This document shows positions 40,186-49,134 of a DNA stretch of 64,000 nt, one piece after another. This stretch comes from Candidatus Latescibacterota bacterium (lineage in GTDB: Bacteria; Latescibacterota; UBA2968; GCA-2709665): assembly GCA_965222075.1 (NCBI GenBank), contig OZ244937.1:1280001-1344000 (forward strand). Direction: 5' to 3'. The notes beneath the pieces were generated by a model. It saw only the letters and a program-made list of their open reading frames with translations. It made no database searches and was not told where the DNA came from. Position 1 is the stretch's first letter, and each line of letters opens with the position of its first letter. The position numbers were made by a program, and so were the translations under genes.

Positions 40186-40220
40186 GTCTGAGAACCCTTC
40201 TATTTCTATTCATTTTTTTG

Positions 40221-40249
40221 TTGACTTTTCATTGAAAACGGTCTATTGT
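40221..40249 (+). promoter_or_regulatory. Possible sigma70 promoter in AT-rich spacer
   Basis: TTGACT-N17-TATTGT. Confidence 0.5.
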
Positions 40250-40368
40250 TGGGTGTAAATAAACTAAAATAGAAATTCAAACTGTAAAATCAATAAAAAC
40301 GTAGTGTCAAGAAACGACTCTCTTCTGCTTCCCACCAACCTCTTCCCCGATGCACTGCGGCCGACAAG

Positions 40369-40404
40369 GTGGACCGGGGGCATCTCCCCCTGCCCCCGGT
40401 CCAC
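40369..40404. repeat. Perfect 14-bp inverted repeat
   Basis: GTGGACCGGGGGCA-N8-TGCCCCCGGTCCAC. Confidence 0.9.
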
Positions 40405-40410
40405 AATTGC

Positions 40411-40494
40411 AAGGAAGCTAAGCGGCTGGGCGTAACCCGACAGTCAATCATCAAGATTTGGATTGCAGAAAGACTGAAATTAAGGTCTGCTTGA
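40411..40494 (+). pseudogene. 3' remnant of a CopG/BrnA-type antitoxin
   Basis: KEAKRLGVTRQSIIKIWIAERLK, a ribbon-helix-helix C-terminus typical of this family; no 5' part. Confidence 0.7.
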
Positions 40495-40529
40495 ACCGAG
40501 TTCCAAAATCCAACGGTGAGAGGCCCCCA

Positions 40530-42683
40530 ATGCGTAAACTGCGACTATACATCCTCGCAAGCCTATCCATTGTTCTTCTGATCCAACCCCTTCAGGCCGC
40601 GTTACAATCAGGCGTCAATCCGGACTTTGACGGGAGTGGTGTTGTCGATTTTTTCGACTTTTTGCAGTTTGCAGGCAAGTTCGGGTCCAGTCAGGGCGAT
40701 GAGGAGTATGAAGACCGATTCGATCTGGATGGCGATGGCGAGATTGGGTTTGGCGATTTTTTTCAATTTGTCGGGCACTTTGACAAAGCAGTGCCTGTGT
40801 CTGTTGGCACGCTTGATCCCGTGATGGTGAGTGTGGGGGGCGATACTGTGGTGGTGGATGTGTCGGGTGCGTTCAGCGATGCGGACAGCGACACGCTGAC
40901 CTACACGGCAGCGTCGAGTGATACCGCCATTGCGACGGTGAATGTGATGGATGCCGTGGTGAGGATTACCCCTGTGGGTGAGGGTGATGCGACGATCACT
41001 GTGACGGCAAGTGATCCCGGCGGCTTAACCGGTACGCAGACCATTGCCGTGAGAGTGGATGCGGCATTTAAGAGCCTGGGGCTAACGGCTCGTGAGGTGG
41101 TGGACCGGGAAACCCTGAAAGCCTTTGTAGATGGGTTGAAACTTCTTATTCCCATCATTGAGGAAAAAGGTCCTAACTACCTGGCAACCGTCCAGGATGC
41201 AATCAGGACCGAGGGAGGGGATTTCAAGTATGACTCGATCTACCTCATTGTACTGCGTAACGACGGTCTCGTGATCTTTCACGGGGCCGATCCAAGCCAC
41301 GAGAATCAAAACATGATTGATCTCGAAGATGTCAATGGCGTCAAAATTGTACAAGAAATCCTCGCGGCAGCCGCTGCGGGCGGCGGCTTTGTCGAGTATT
41401 ATTGGGACAATCCGGCGGTACAGGGAGACGAAGACATCCACTCGCCCAAGCTGACCTACGCTATCCCGGTTACCTTATTCGGCATAGATGGTGTCGTAGC
41501 CGCTGGCATTTATCTGGGATCCGGTTCTACGGTCCAGGTTGGCGAGGACGAGGCGGTGCAGATCCGTTCGTTGCTCTCGCACACCATTGAGCCGGACCTT
41601 GGCGCGCCGTTGCATTACAGCGTCGAGTTGGCCGTGCGGGATTTCGCCAGGGTACACGGTTACGAGATCGAACTCGGAGAGCCTATAGACGGCATGTGTA
41701 CGCCGGAGGGCGGACGCGCGGGCGCAGAGCAGATCATCGCCGACCCGCAGGTGCTGGGCGTCATCGGCACGTCCTGCTCGGCCGCGGCATTGGAGGCTTC
41801 ACCGCTGCTCAGCGCGGCAGGTCTGGTGATGATCTCGCCATCCAACACGTCGCCTTTGCTCACGTCCGATCTCGCAGGCAACGCGAATTCCAACTATCAC
41901 CCCGGCTATTTCCGCACCTCCAACAACGATCTCTATCAGGCGAAGGCGGTCGCCGACTTCGCCTACAATAAATTGGACCTGCGGCGCATGGTGGCCGTAC
42001 ACGATGGCGATCCGTACACGACGGCCCTGGTGAGTGCATTCGACAATGAGTTCCGCGCCCTTGGCGGTGAAGTCGCGGTCACCGCTGCGATTGAGAAGGG
42101 CGACACGGACATGACGGCCGTCCTCGTGAAATTCGCGGAAGCCGGGCCGGACGGCATCTTCTTCCCGCTCTTCCGCACGGCAGGCTCGCCCTTCGCCCGG
42201 CAGGTGCGGGCGTTCGACGGCCTGGAAGGCGTGACGCTCATCACGGGCGCGGCCATGCTCGTGTCGGAGTTCCTCGGCACGCCGCAGTCGGAGGCCATCT
42301 ACTTCGCAGGGCCGGAGTCGGACCACGGCTCCAACGTCAATGTGGCGACCGGCAAGAACGCGGAGGCGGTGCTCGCCGCGTTTGAAGCTACTTACGGCGG
42401 GTCTCCGGGCACGCCTTACTGGGCGCACGCGTACGACGCCACAACGCTGCTGCTCAGCGCCATCGACTCCGTTGCGGTGGAGGATGGCGGGAAGTTGTAC
42501 ATAAACCGCGCCGCGCTGCGCACGCAGATCAGGGCGACGGCCGACTTTCAGGGCATCACCGGCGTGCTCTCCTGCGACGATTTCGGAGACTTCGGCACCG
42601 GGCGCATCAACATCTACCACCACACGGACCCGGACGTCACGGATACCGCGCAATTGCCGGTGGTCTACCGGTTCGCGCCGTGA
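40530..42683 (+). CDS. Secreted chimeric protein: dockerin/EF-hand + Ig-like + Cache + branched-chain amino acid (LivJ-like) binding domain
   Basis: Signal peptide; 'DFDGSGVVDFFDF..F...FG...FDLDGDGEIGFGDF'; 'FSDADSDTLTYTAASSD'; 'FHGADP..EN.N...LEDVNG......GGGFVEYYWDNP'; 'GVIGTSCS..MISPSNT', 'AHAYDA'. Confidence 0.8.
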   Translation: MRKLRLYILASLSIVLLIQPLQAALQSGVNPDFDGSGVVDFFDFLQFAGKFGSSQGDEEYEDRFDLDGDGEIGFGDFFQFVGHFDKAVPVSVGTLDPVMVSVGGDTVVVDVSGAFSDADSDTLTYTAASSDTAIATVNVMDAVVRITPVGEGDATITVTASDPGGLTGTQTIAVRVDAAFKSLGLTAREVVDRETLKAFVDGLKLLIPIIEEKGPNYLATVQDAIRTEGGDFKYDSIYLIVLRNDGLVIFHGADPSHENQNMIDLEDVNGVKIVQEILAAAAAGGGFVEYYWDNPAVQGDEDIHSPKLTYAIPVTLFGIDGVVAAGIYLGSGSTVQVGEDEAVQIRSLLSHTIEPDLGAPLHYSVELAVRDFARVHGYEIELGEPIDGMCTPEGGRAGAEQIIADPQVLGVIGTSCSAAALEASPLLSAAGLVMISPSNTSPLLTSDLAGNANSNYHPGYFRTSNNDLYQAKAVADFAYNKLDLRRMVAVHDGDPYTTALVSAFDNEFRALGGEVAVTAAIEKGDTDMTAVLVKFAEAGPDGIFFPLFRTAGSPFARQVRAFDGLEGVTLITGAAMLVSEFLGTPQSEAIYFAGPESDHGSNVNVATGKNAEAVLAAFEATYGGSPGTPYWAHAYDATTLLLSAIDSVAVEDGGKLYINRAALRTQIRATADFQGITGVLSCDDFGDFGTGRINIYHHTDPDVTDTAQLPVVYRFAP

Positions 42684-42684
42684 G
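42533..42684 (+). repeat. 152-bp direct repeat (3' end of LivJ-like domain); second copy 44384-44535
   Basis: Colinear, highly similar sequences of equal length. Confidence 0.92.
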
Positions 42685-42751
42685 CCTGACGGAAAGCTTC
42701 GGATTGCTGACACCGCGTAACATGGTCGCGCTTGCCATCGTCCGCGAACAA

Positions 42752-43549
42752 TCAATTGCCGGAATTGCGCTCGAGCGTTTCCAGCCAGCGATAGCCGTAG
42801 GTCGGAATATTGGATGACGACTCGGTCATGTCACTGGTAAACATGCTGAATCTTTCGACTCGCAGACGGTAGCTATAGTTGTGCCAGGGTTGGAAATTTA
42901 CGATTTCACTGCGGAACGCTTCACCATTGACGACGTTGCAGTACACTGGATAGTTACTGTCACATCTGGTCCTGTGCGGCCCCACGGTTATTTCCTCTTT
43001 CGTACCCGTCGCTTCAGTTTTTGAGACAACCGCATTCAACACGTATCGACCATCGCTGTACCTATTTACATTGAGGGTATAGTGATAGCCGGCCTCGAAA
43101 TCAAAGTTGGTGATCATATCGTCGTACGGCGCGCCGTCAATCAGCAGACAGAAGTCGTCGATCTGTGCGCATTTTACCCGCGTCGGTCCCACAGATAAGG
43201 TTGCGGGAGTGGACGAAGCGCGGGTTTTTTCCAGTTGTTCCAGCAGACGATAACCGTATCGGCCGGCATCTTGCGGCGGTTCCTCTCCACCCCAGGGGTC
43301 ATATTTCCCGATCCGAAGACGATAGTCGTAGCCGGCCTCGAAATCGAAGCCCTCGATACTATAGTAGACAAATGAGCCGTCAACCACCAGGCAAGACTGT
43401 CTGGCGAAGCCGTAGCATTTGGCCAGGGTCGGGCCGACGGTTACTTCCCGTATCTCAATGTATTTGGGCTTGTTGGGTTCCATCGGACCTTCACAGGCGG
43501 CAAAAACAAGGGCCAACAGGACGAAAAGAAAAGAACATCTGGTGTGCAT
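42752..43549 (-). CDS. Lipoprotein with three tandem DUF4377-like domains
   Basis: Lipobox 'FAAC'; three repeats 'VGP....C......CL...G......I..F.FEAGY.Y.L.'. Confidence 0.75.
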   Translation of the reverse strand: MHTRCSFLFVLLALVFAACEGPMEPNKPKYIEIREVTVGPTLAKCYGFARQSCLVVDGSFVYYSIEGFDFEAGYDYRLRIGKYDPWGGEEPPQDAGRYGYRLLEQLEKTRASSTPATLSVGPTRVKCAQIDDFCLLIDGAPYDDMITNFDFEAGYHYTLNVNRYSDGRYVLNAVVSKTEATGTKEEITVGPHRTRCDSNYPVYCNVVNGEAFRSEIVNFQPWHNYSYRLRVERFSMFTSDMTESSSNIPTYGYRWLETLERNSGN

Positions 43550-43554
43550 TAGGG

Positions 43555-43641
43555 TCACCCTTCGATGTCACTATAATACTGGGCAATCTGGGCAAGTTGG
43601 AGGTGTTCGCCAGAAAACGTGGTTCTCCGAGAGCTAGGCAT
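43555..43641 (-). pseudogene. 5' remnant of the gene coupled to the 43634-44140 gene
   Basis: ATG overlaps the end of the upstream gene; MPSSRRTTFSGEHLQLAQIAQYYSDIEG* is cut at the lipoprotein start. Confidence 0.45.
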
Positions 43642-44140
43642 TCGCAACTTCCATTATCGTGGAGAGGAAGGGCTCCTCTTCAAGTTCGATGCACTTGATG
43701 TTCGGAGGCCGTGTCGATATTTTCCATCCCCACTCCTCCACTTCGACTGGTTTCTCTTGAACGATGACGCGGATCATACGGGCAGAAGCTGTTTTCGGGA
43801 CGAGAACAAACTTGACCGTGCCATGCGGCCCGTGCATGTCCACACGACCTTTGGCACCAATCAGATTTGTACCGATGGGATCAAAGCGGACTTTGACAGC
43901 ACCAATCCGGACCTCAAGTGACGTCACTTCATAGCTACCAATGTACTCTTCATTGATTTGCTTTGGGGTCCGTGTAATATGTACTTTACCTTCATCGATA
44001 TATTTCCGAAGAAATCCCTCGGCCAACTGGTAGAATTCATCAAGGTGCCTTATCCAATCGTCGCGTTCTTGGGTCCAGTCAATTGACGGCTTAGCCCTGG
44101 CTACCTGTTGGTTTACAAAATCGTCGAAAGTATCGGTCAT
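43634..44140 (-). CDS. Hypothetical protein
   Basis: AGGAG RBS; 'EEYIGSY', 'PIGTNLIGAKGRVDM' conserved-looking motif. Confidence 0.75.
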   Translation of the reverse strand: MTDTFDDFVNQQVARAKPSIDWTQERDDWIRHLDEFYQLAEGFLRKYIDEGKVHITRTPKQINEEYIGSYEVTSLEVRIGAVKVRFDPIGTNLIGAKGRVDMHGPHGTVKFVLVPKTASARMIRVIVQEKPVEVEEWGWKISTRPPNIKCIELEEEPFLSTIMEVANA

Positions 44141-44522
44141 TGTGATCTCCTTTGGCTTCTGCCAGACTAATCACATCTGGTCAATTTGCGACATGGTCGT
44201 GTATTATAGCGTTTTTGTCGTTATGTCCGACGCCGAGAACCTTTTCTTGTTCTGCCTGCCATTACCAAACCTTTTCGCCTCCATAATATAACAAATATGT
44301 TGAACTCGGGCATCCGAAATCGGTGGATTGCGAAGAATATGAGCGTGTAGATGTCGGAGACCTCGCCGGGGTGCTCTTCCCGAGGCGACAGCCGGCTTTC
44401 AGGGCATCACCGGCGTACTCTCCTGCGACGATTTCGGAGGCTGCGGCACCGGGCGCTTGAACATCTACCACCACATGGACTCGGGCATCACGGACATCGC
44501 GCAATTGCCGGTGGTCTATCGA

Positions 44523-44879
44523 TTCGCGACGTGAGGGGTCAAGAAAGGGGGAGTGGTATGAAAGTGGTCCATATTGCCATGGTCGCGCTTGCCATCGTCC
44601 AAATGCTACTGACGGGATTTACCGCCCTGGTCGGCGCGTTCGCCGACGGAGGTAGCGTTTGGGAACGCGCGCTGATTATGGTCGTGCATCCCGTCGCCGC
44701 CATCGCGCTGCTGGTCATGGTGTTGACCCCCCGGGCCGCCCGGTGGCCCACTCGTGTGGCTGTTGTTCTGCTGTTGGTGAGCATCGCCGGGGATGCAGCG
44801 GACGTTGCCATCAGCGAGGGCGCGATGAGGGGGGACAGGTCCCTGACTTTTATATTTACCGGTAATCGGTGTGGTATAC
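44523..44879 (+). repeat. ~360-bp direct repeat; second copy 48313-48680
   Basis: Near-identical apart from a few substitutions and two small deletions in this copy. Confidence 0.97.
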
Positions 44880-44899
44880 ATCCAGCGAGGGCGCGATGA
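44558..44899 (+). pseudogene. Decayed copy of the small membrane protein gene at 48348
   Basis: Same N-terminus; deletions near 44801 and 44857 alter the last helix and shift the frame. Confidence 0.85.
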
Positions 44900-44945
44900 G
44901 GGTTGAAACCTTTTATTAAGCCGTAGTGAGAGGAGCAAGATAACA

Positions 44946-45203
44946 ATGTCTTCTACCGTGCCGATAGAAATACCGCGTGAAATACTCAATATAACCCATA
45001 TGACCCCTGAGGAATTGAAGCGAGAGCTGGCAGTCTATCTGTTCCAGCAGGGCAAGTTGTCTTTCGGCAAAGCGCGAGAAATGGCCGACATGAGCGCGTG
45101 GGACTTCCAGTTCATGCTGGGCAGCAGAAATATCCCTGTCCACTATGACGTGGAGGATTACGAGGAAGATCGGGCGACCTTAAAGGAGCTTGGCCGTCTG
45201 TGA
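44946..45203 (+). CDS. UPF0175 family putative antitoxin
   Basis: 'ELAVYLFQQGKLSFGKAREMA.MS.WDF...L....IP.HYD.EDYEED'. Confidence 0.88.
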   Translation: MSSTVPIEIPREILNITHMTPEELKRELAVYLFQQGKLSFGKAREMADMSAWDFQFMLGSRNIPVHYDVEDYEEDRATLKELGRL

Positions 45204-45313
45204 GTGTCGTGAGCAATGCTTCTACACTCATCGGCTTTGCCCGGGTCAGCGGCGCAGAAGAGCCCCTTCAAACCGGTTCCCTCGCGGAAGACTTAGCACT
45301 GGGAGACGTTTGA
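45200..45313 (+). pseudogene. Truncated DUF3368 PIN toxin (5' remnant)
   Basis: GTGA overlap; MSVVSNASTLIGFARV resembles DUF3368 starts, the usual UPF0175 partner; then degenerates. Confidence 0.65.
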
Positions 45314-45352
45314 CTGCTTGGAGAGAACCCTGGAGAACGGGTGTAAATACGG

Positions 45353-45386
45353 ATCGGGCTGAGTCAATCTGAGCCCGATTTTTTTT
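45353..45386 (+). terminator. Intrinsic terminator candidate
   Basis: ATCGGGCT/AGCCCGAT stem followed by T7. Confidence 0.6.
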
Positions 45387-45397
45387 AAACAAATCTG

Positions 45398-45426
45398 TTG
45401 ACAACTTAATTGTTGTATTGTAATTT
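45398..45426 (+). promoter_or_regulatory. sigma70 promoter for ATPase pair with imperfect palindrome in the spacer
   Basis: TTGACA-N17-TAATTT; ACAAC-N6-GTTGT overlaps -35/spacer. Confidence 0.6.
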
Positions 45427-45495
45427 GTCACTAACCGTGGTAAGTCCCCGGCTTTGCTGGGGGCATCTGACTGTATTGTTGAAAAAGGCCTGGCC

Positions 45496-46728
45496 ATGAA
45501 CTCATCCACTGGCCGTTGGGTAAGCGGCGGCGACTTTTTTGATCGTGATCGCGAGTTGGAAGTACTGGAAACGCAGGTCTGTGACCGCAACCACGTGTTG
45601 TTGACCGGACAGCGGCGCATGGGAAAGACCAGCGTCGTCCGGGAACTCGGGCGCCGGCTCGAGGCCAGGGGCTGGATCTTCCTCTTCAGTGATGTAGAAG
45701 GAGCAGTCTGCGCAGAGGATGCGATCGCGGATATCGCACGGGCGGTACACCCGTTTCGTCCGATCGCGTCGCGTTTCGCCACGGGGATGAAGCGCTGGGT
45801 GAGCGCCAACATCGAGGAAATCAGCGCACTCGATTTTAGCGTGAAGATCCGTGCCGGACTGGATGCCGGAACCTGGCGGCGTCACGGGGAGCAGCTACTC
45901 AGCGATTGCGCCGCACAGGACGAGCCGGTGCTCCTGGTCATTGACGAGTTGCCGATCTTCCTCAAGCGGATGCTCCAACACGACGATGGCGACGCGCGAC
46001 GGGTGGACGAATTCCTGAGCTGGTTACGCGGCGTGCTTCAGGCACTCGGCGACGACTCCTTCACCCTCATCGTATCCGGCAGCATCGGGCTCGAACCTCT
46101 CGTGCAAAGGCTCGGCATACCCGACCGCATCAACCATCTCTATCCCTTTCGCCTGGGGCCGTGGGACCGTGACACCAGTATCCAGTGTTTCGATCGTCTT
46201 GCAGAGAATTACGGATTGTCCGTGGAGGACGGCGTGGCGAACGCGGTGTATGAAACACTGGGCATCGGCATTCCTCACCATGTGCAGTCCTTCTTCGCGC
46301 GTCTGCGGGATTTCGCCACGATGCAGGGACGGGACTCGGTGACGGTGGAGGATGTTGGCTATGTGTATCGCACGGGGCTTCTGGGGCCTTCGGGACAGAA
46401 CGATCTCGTTCACTACGAGACGCGGCTCAAAGAGGGGCTGGAAGACGGCAGCTACTCCATTGCCATGGAGATTCTCGCCGAGGCGGCCACCCAGGACGTG
46501 TTTACGCCGGACGCTCGGCGGCACCTCGAACAGTTGTACGCCACGGTCATAGACGATGTGCCCGTGCGCATTGCGTCCGCGCTCGAAGTTTTGGTACACG
46601 ACGGCTATCTCGAAGCTGGCGATGATGGGCATCGCTTTCCGTCGCGCCTGCTGAAGGACTGGTGGTCGGCGCGCTTCCGCGATCACCACATCCCCCTCGA
46701 AAGCCGCTCTCCTGGTGACGAGTCATGA
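45496..46728 (+). CDS. P-loop ATPase (AAA/STAND-like) with C-terminal winged helix
   Basis: 'FFDRDRE', Walker A GQRRMGKT, Walker B LVIDE, 'SGSIGL', 'LLKDWW'. Confidence 0.85.
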   Translation: MNSSTGRWVSGGDFFDRDRELEVLETQVCDRNHVLLTGQRRMGKTSVVRELGRRLEARGWIFLFSDVEGAVCAEDAIADIARAVHPFRPIASRFATGMKRWVSANIEEISALDFSVKIRAGLDAGTWRRHGEQLLSDCAAQDEPVLLVIDELPIFLKRMLQHDDGDARRVDEFLSWLRGVLQALGDDSFTLIVSGSIGLEPLVQRLGIPDRINHLYPFRLGPWDRDTSIQCFDRLAENYGLSVEDGVANAVYETLGIGIPHHVQSFFARLRDFATMQGRDSVTVEDVGYVYRTGLLGPSGQNDLVHYETRLKEGLEDGSYSIAMEILAEAATQDVFTPDARRHLEQLYATVIDDVPVRIASALEVLVHDGYLEAGDDGHRFPSRLLKDWWSARFRDHHIPLESRSPGDES

Positions 46729-48266
46729 GTACAAATGTCATGAACAAACTACGCGATCGTCCGATCCGCAAGTTCAATCCGGGGACGTTTCAGTCCGATA
46801 GGGAGGTGATCGAGCAGTTCGTGGTCCGAAAACACGAGCTCGACATCGTTCTTGAGGTCCTCGGCGGGAACATCGATTCACCGTCGTGTCAGCATGTTCT
46901 GGTTGTCGCCCCCCGCGGTCGGGGAAAAACCATGCTCCTGGCCCGCGCCGCCGCGGAACTGCGCACCGATGACGCACTCTCCGGGCGCCTGTTTCCGGTC
47001 CGTTTCATGGAAGAGAGCCAGGAAATTTTCAATCTGGCCGATTTCTGGCTTGAAACGCTGTTCCACCTTGCCAGGGAGAGCGCCGCACATGATCCCGAGC
47101 TTGCACGGGAACTGCGAGAGACGCACGCCGCCCTGAGCGATCGCTGGCGCGAGCAGGCGCTGGAGGAACGCGCCCGCGCCTCGGTTTTGGAGGTGGCGGA
47201 TCGGCTGGGCAAGAAACTCGTCCTCATGGTCGAGAACTTGCAATCGCTCTGCAAGAATGTGGACAAGGATTTCGGCTGGAAGCTTCGCGGGGTGCTGCAG
47301 TCGGAACCCCAGATCATGTTGCTCGCCTCCGCCACCAGTCGCTTCGCGGGGCTGGACGATGCGAAGCAGCCGTTCTTCGAGCTGTTCCGAATCATTGAAC
47401 TGGGACCGTTGGATACCGACGAATGTTGCCGCCTGTGGCAGGTCGTCAGTGGCAACACAGTACGCGGGCACCAGATCAGGCCGCTTCAGATCCTGACCGG
47501 TGGTAGCCCCCGCCTCCTGGTTATCGTTGCCGGGTTCGCGAGGCACCGGTCCCTGCGCCAGCTGATGGAAGCGTTGGTAACGCTGATCGACGCGCACACC
47601 GAGTATTTCCGTGGTCATCTGGAGGTCTTGGGTAAGACCGAACGCCGTGTTTATCTCTCGGTGATTGATCTCTGGCAACCGTCGAGCACCGGCGAGATCG
47701 CGGTTCGGGCCCGCATGGACGTTCGCGTTGTATCGACCATGCTCGGACGGCTGGTCAACCGGGGCGCGGTGATCCCGGAAGGGAGCGGCAGGAAGCGGCT
47801 GTACGCCGCCGCGGAACGTCTCTACAGCATCTACTACAAGCTGCGGCGCGAACGCGACGAGGCGGCCGTCGTACGAAATCTGATCCACTTTATGGCAGCG
47901 TTCTACAGCAAAGCAGAACTGGCTGAGATGTCCGGCATGCTGGTTGAGGAGTCGGCAAGACACCAGGCCGACATGGATGCGTTTCGCTCTGCGTATGCCG
48001 CGTTTGTCCCCGGCGACGAAACGATGATGCGCGAGATGATAGAGATCGTGCCTGACTTGATCGTATCCGGGGTCTCGGAGCATGACCTTGTCGAGGTCCT
48101 ATCGAGTGACAAGGAGAAATCCGACTCGTTGACACCCCTCGTCGTCGCCCTACGCCAGAACATTGGCGAGGAGGTTCGAGCATCTCCTGAGGTGCTCGAG
48201 GTTGCGACGGATATCCGTAAACTCATCGAAGAAAGATCCGGGCTCCGGAAACCCCTGGAGAGATAA
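46725..48266 (+). CDS. P-loop ATPase with HTH
   Basis: 'APRGRGKT', 'LMVEN', 'LTGGSPRL', HTH 'EIAVRARMD.RVVSTMLGRLV.RG'; ATGA coupling. Confidence 0.82.
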   Translation: MSTNVMNKLRDRPIRKFNPGTFQSDREVIEQFVVRKHELDIVLEVLGGNIDSPSCQHVLVVAPRGRGKTMLLARAAAELRTDDALSGRLFPVRFMEESQEIFNLADFWLETLFHLARESAAHDPELARELRETHAALSDRWREQALEERARASVLEVADRLGKKLVLMVENLQSLCKNVDKDFGWKLRGVLQSEPQIMLLASATSRFAGLDDAKQPFFELFRIIELGPLDTDECCRLWQVVSGNTVRGHQIRPLQILTGGSPRLLVIVAGFARHRSLRQLMEALVTLIDAHTEYFRGHLEVLGKTERRVYLSVIDLWQPSSTGEIAVRARMDVRVVSTMLGRLVNRGAVIPEGSGRKRLYAAAERLYSIYYKLRRERDEAAVVRNLIHFMAAFYSKAELAEMSGMLVEESARHQADMDAFRSAYAAFVPGDETMMREMIEIVPDLIVSGVSEHDLVEVLSSDKEKSDSLTPLVVALRQNIGEEVRASPEVLEVATDIRKLIEERSGLRKPLER

Positions 48267-48347
48267 GGGAGCGGACCCTATGCGACGGGGACCACCTTCA
48301 CCGTCAATAACGTTCGCGACGTGAGGGGTCAAGAAAGGGGGAGTGGT

Positions 48348-48716
48348 ATGAAAGTGGTCCATATTGCCATGGTCGCGCTTGCCATCGTCCAACTGGCGCT
48401 GACGGGATTTACCGCCCTGGTCGGCGCGTTCGCCGACGGAGGTAGCGTTTGGGAACGCGCGCTGATTATGGTTGTGCATCCCGTCGCCGCCATCGCGCTG
48501 CTGGTCATGGTGTTGACCCCCCGGGCCGCCCGGTGGCCCACTCGTGTGGCTGTTGTTCTGCTGTTGGTGAGCATCGCCGGGGATGCAGCGGCCTACGTTG
48601 CCATCAGCGAGGGCGCGATGAGGGGGGACAGGTCCCTGACTTTTATATTCGCCACCATACCGGTAATCGGTGTGGTATACGGATTGATCCGGAGAGCGAG
48701 ACAGGGCCAGGGATAG
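48348..48716 (+). CDS. Small 4-TM membrane protein
   Basis: GGAG RBS; four hydrophobic segments; intact copy of the 44558 pseudogene. Confidence 0.75.
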   Translation: MKVVHIAMVALAIVQLALTGFTALVGAFADGGSVWERALIMVVHPVAAIALLVMVLTPRAARWPTRVAVVLLLVSIAGDAAAYVAISEGAMRGDRSLTFIFATIPVIGVVYGLIRRARQGQG

Positions 48717-48753
48717 CGGCACCGATCAAAGCGGTTGAAACCTGTTTCCGGCT

Positions 48754-49125
48754 TCAATCCCTTGGGGGGACCGCGCAGAGGAAGCCCAGGGGCTCGTCGC
48801 CGATGTTTTCAAACTGGTGCTGCTCGTTGGGGGGGATGTAGAGCACATCGTCCACACCTACCTCCACCACTTCCCATCCCATCAACACGCGGGCCTTTCC
48901 CCTGAGGATGTAGACGCCGTGGTCGTGGTCGTGCCGGTCAAAGGAGCTTTGCCCGCCGGGCGCCACTTCGTAGTAGCGCAGGCCGAAGTTGACCGCGCTG
49001 TCTCTGTCGCCGATGAGGACGCACTTGGTGCCTCCCACAGCGCCACCCTTCTCGTACTTCTCTGTCGGAACGCCCTCCCATTCAAAATTCCCGTCCTTGC
49101 CGATGTACCGGTGCAGAACGCCCAT
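48754..49125 (-). CDS. Cupin domain protein
   Basis: 'RYYEVAPGG.S..DRHDHDH', 'YIPPNEQHQFEN'. Confidence 0.9.
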   Translation of the reverse strand: MGVLHRYIGKDGNFEWEGVPTEKYEKGGAVGGTKCVLIGDRDSAVNFGLRYYEVAPGGQSSFDRHDHDHGVYILRGKARVLMGWEVVEVGVDDVLYIPPNEQHQFENIGDEPLGFLCAVPPRD

Positions 49126-49134
49126 GGGGTCCTC

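Noticed and set aside
48281-48306. 'GTTFTV' resembling a histidine kinase C-terminus
   Set aside because: Too short to support a remnant call
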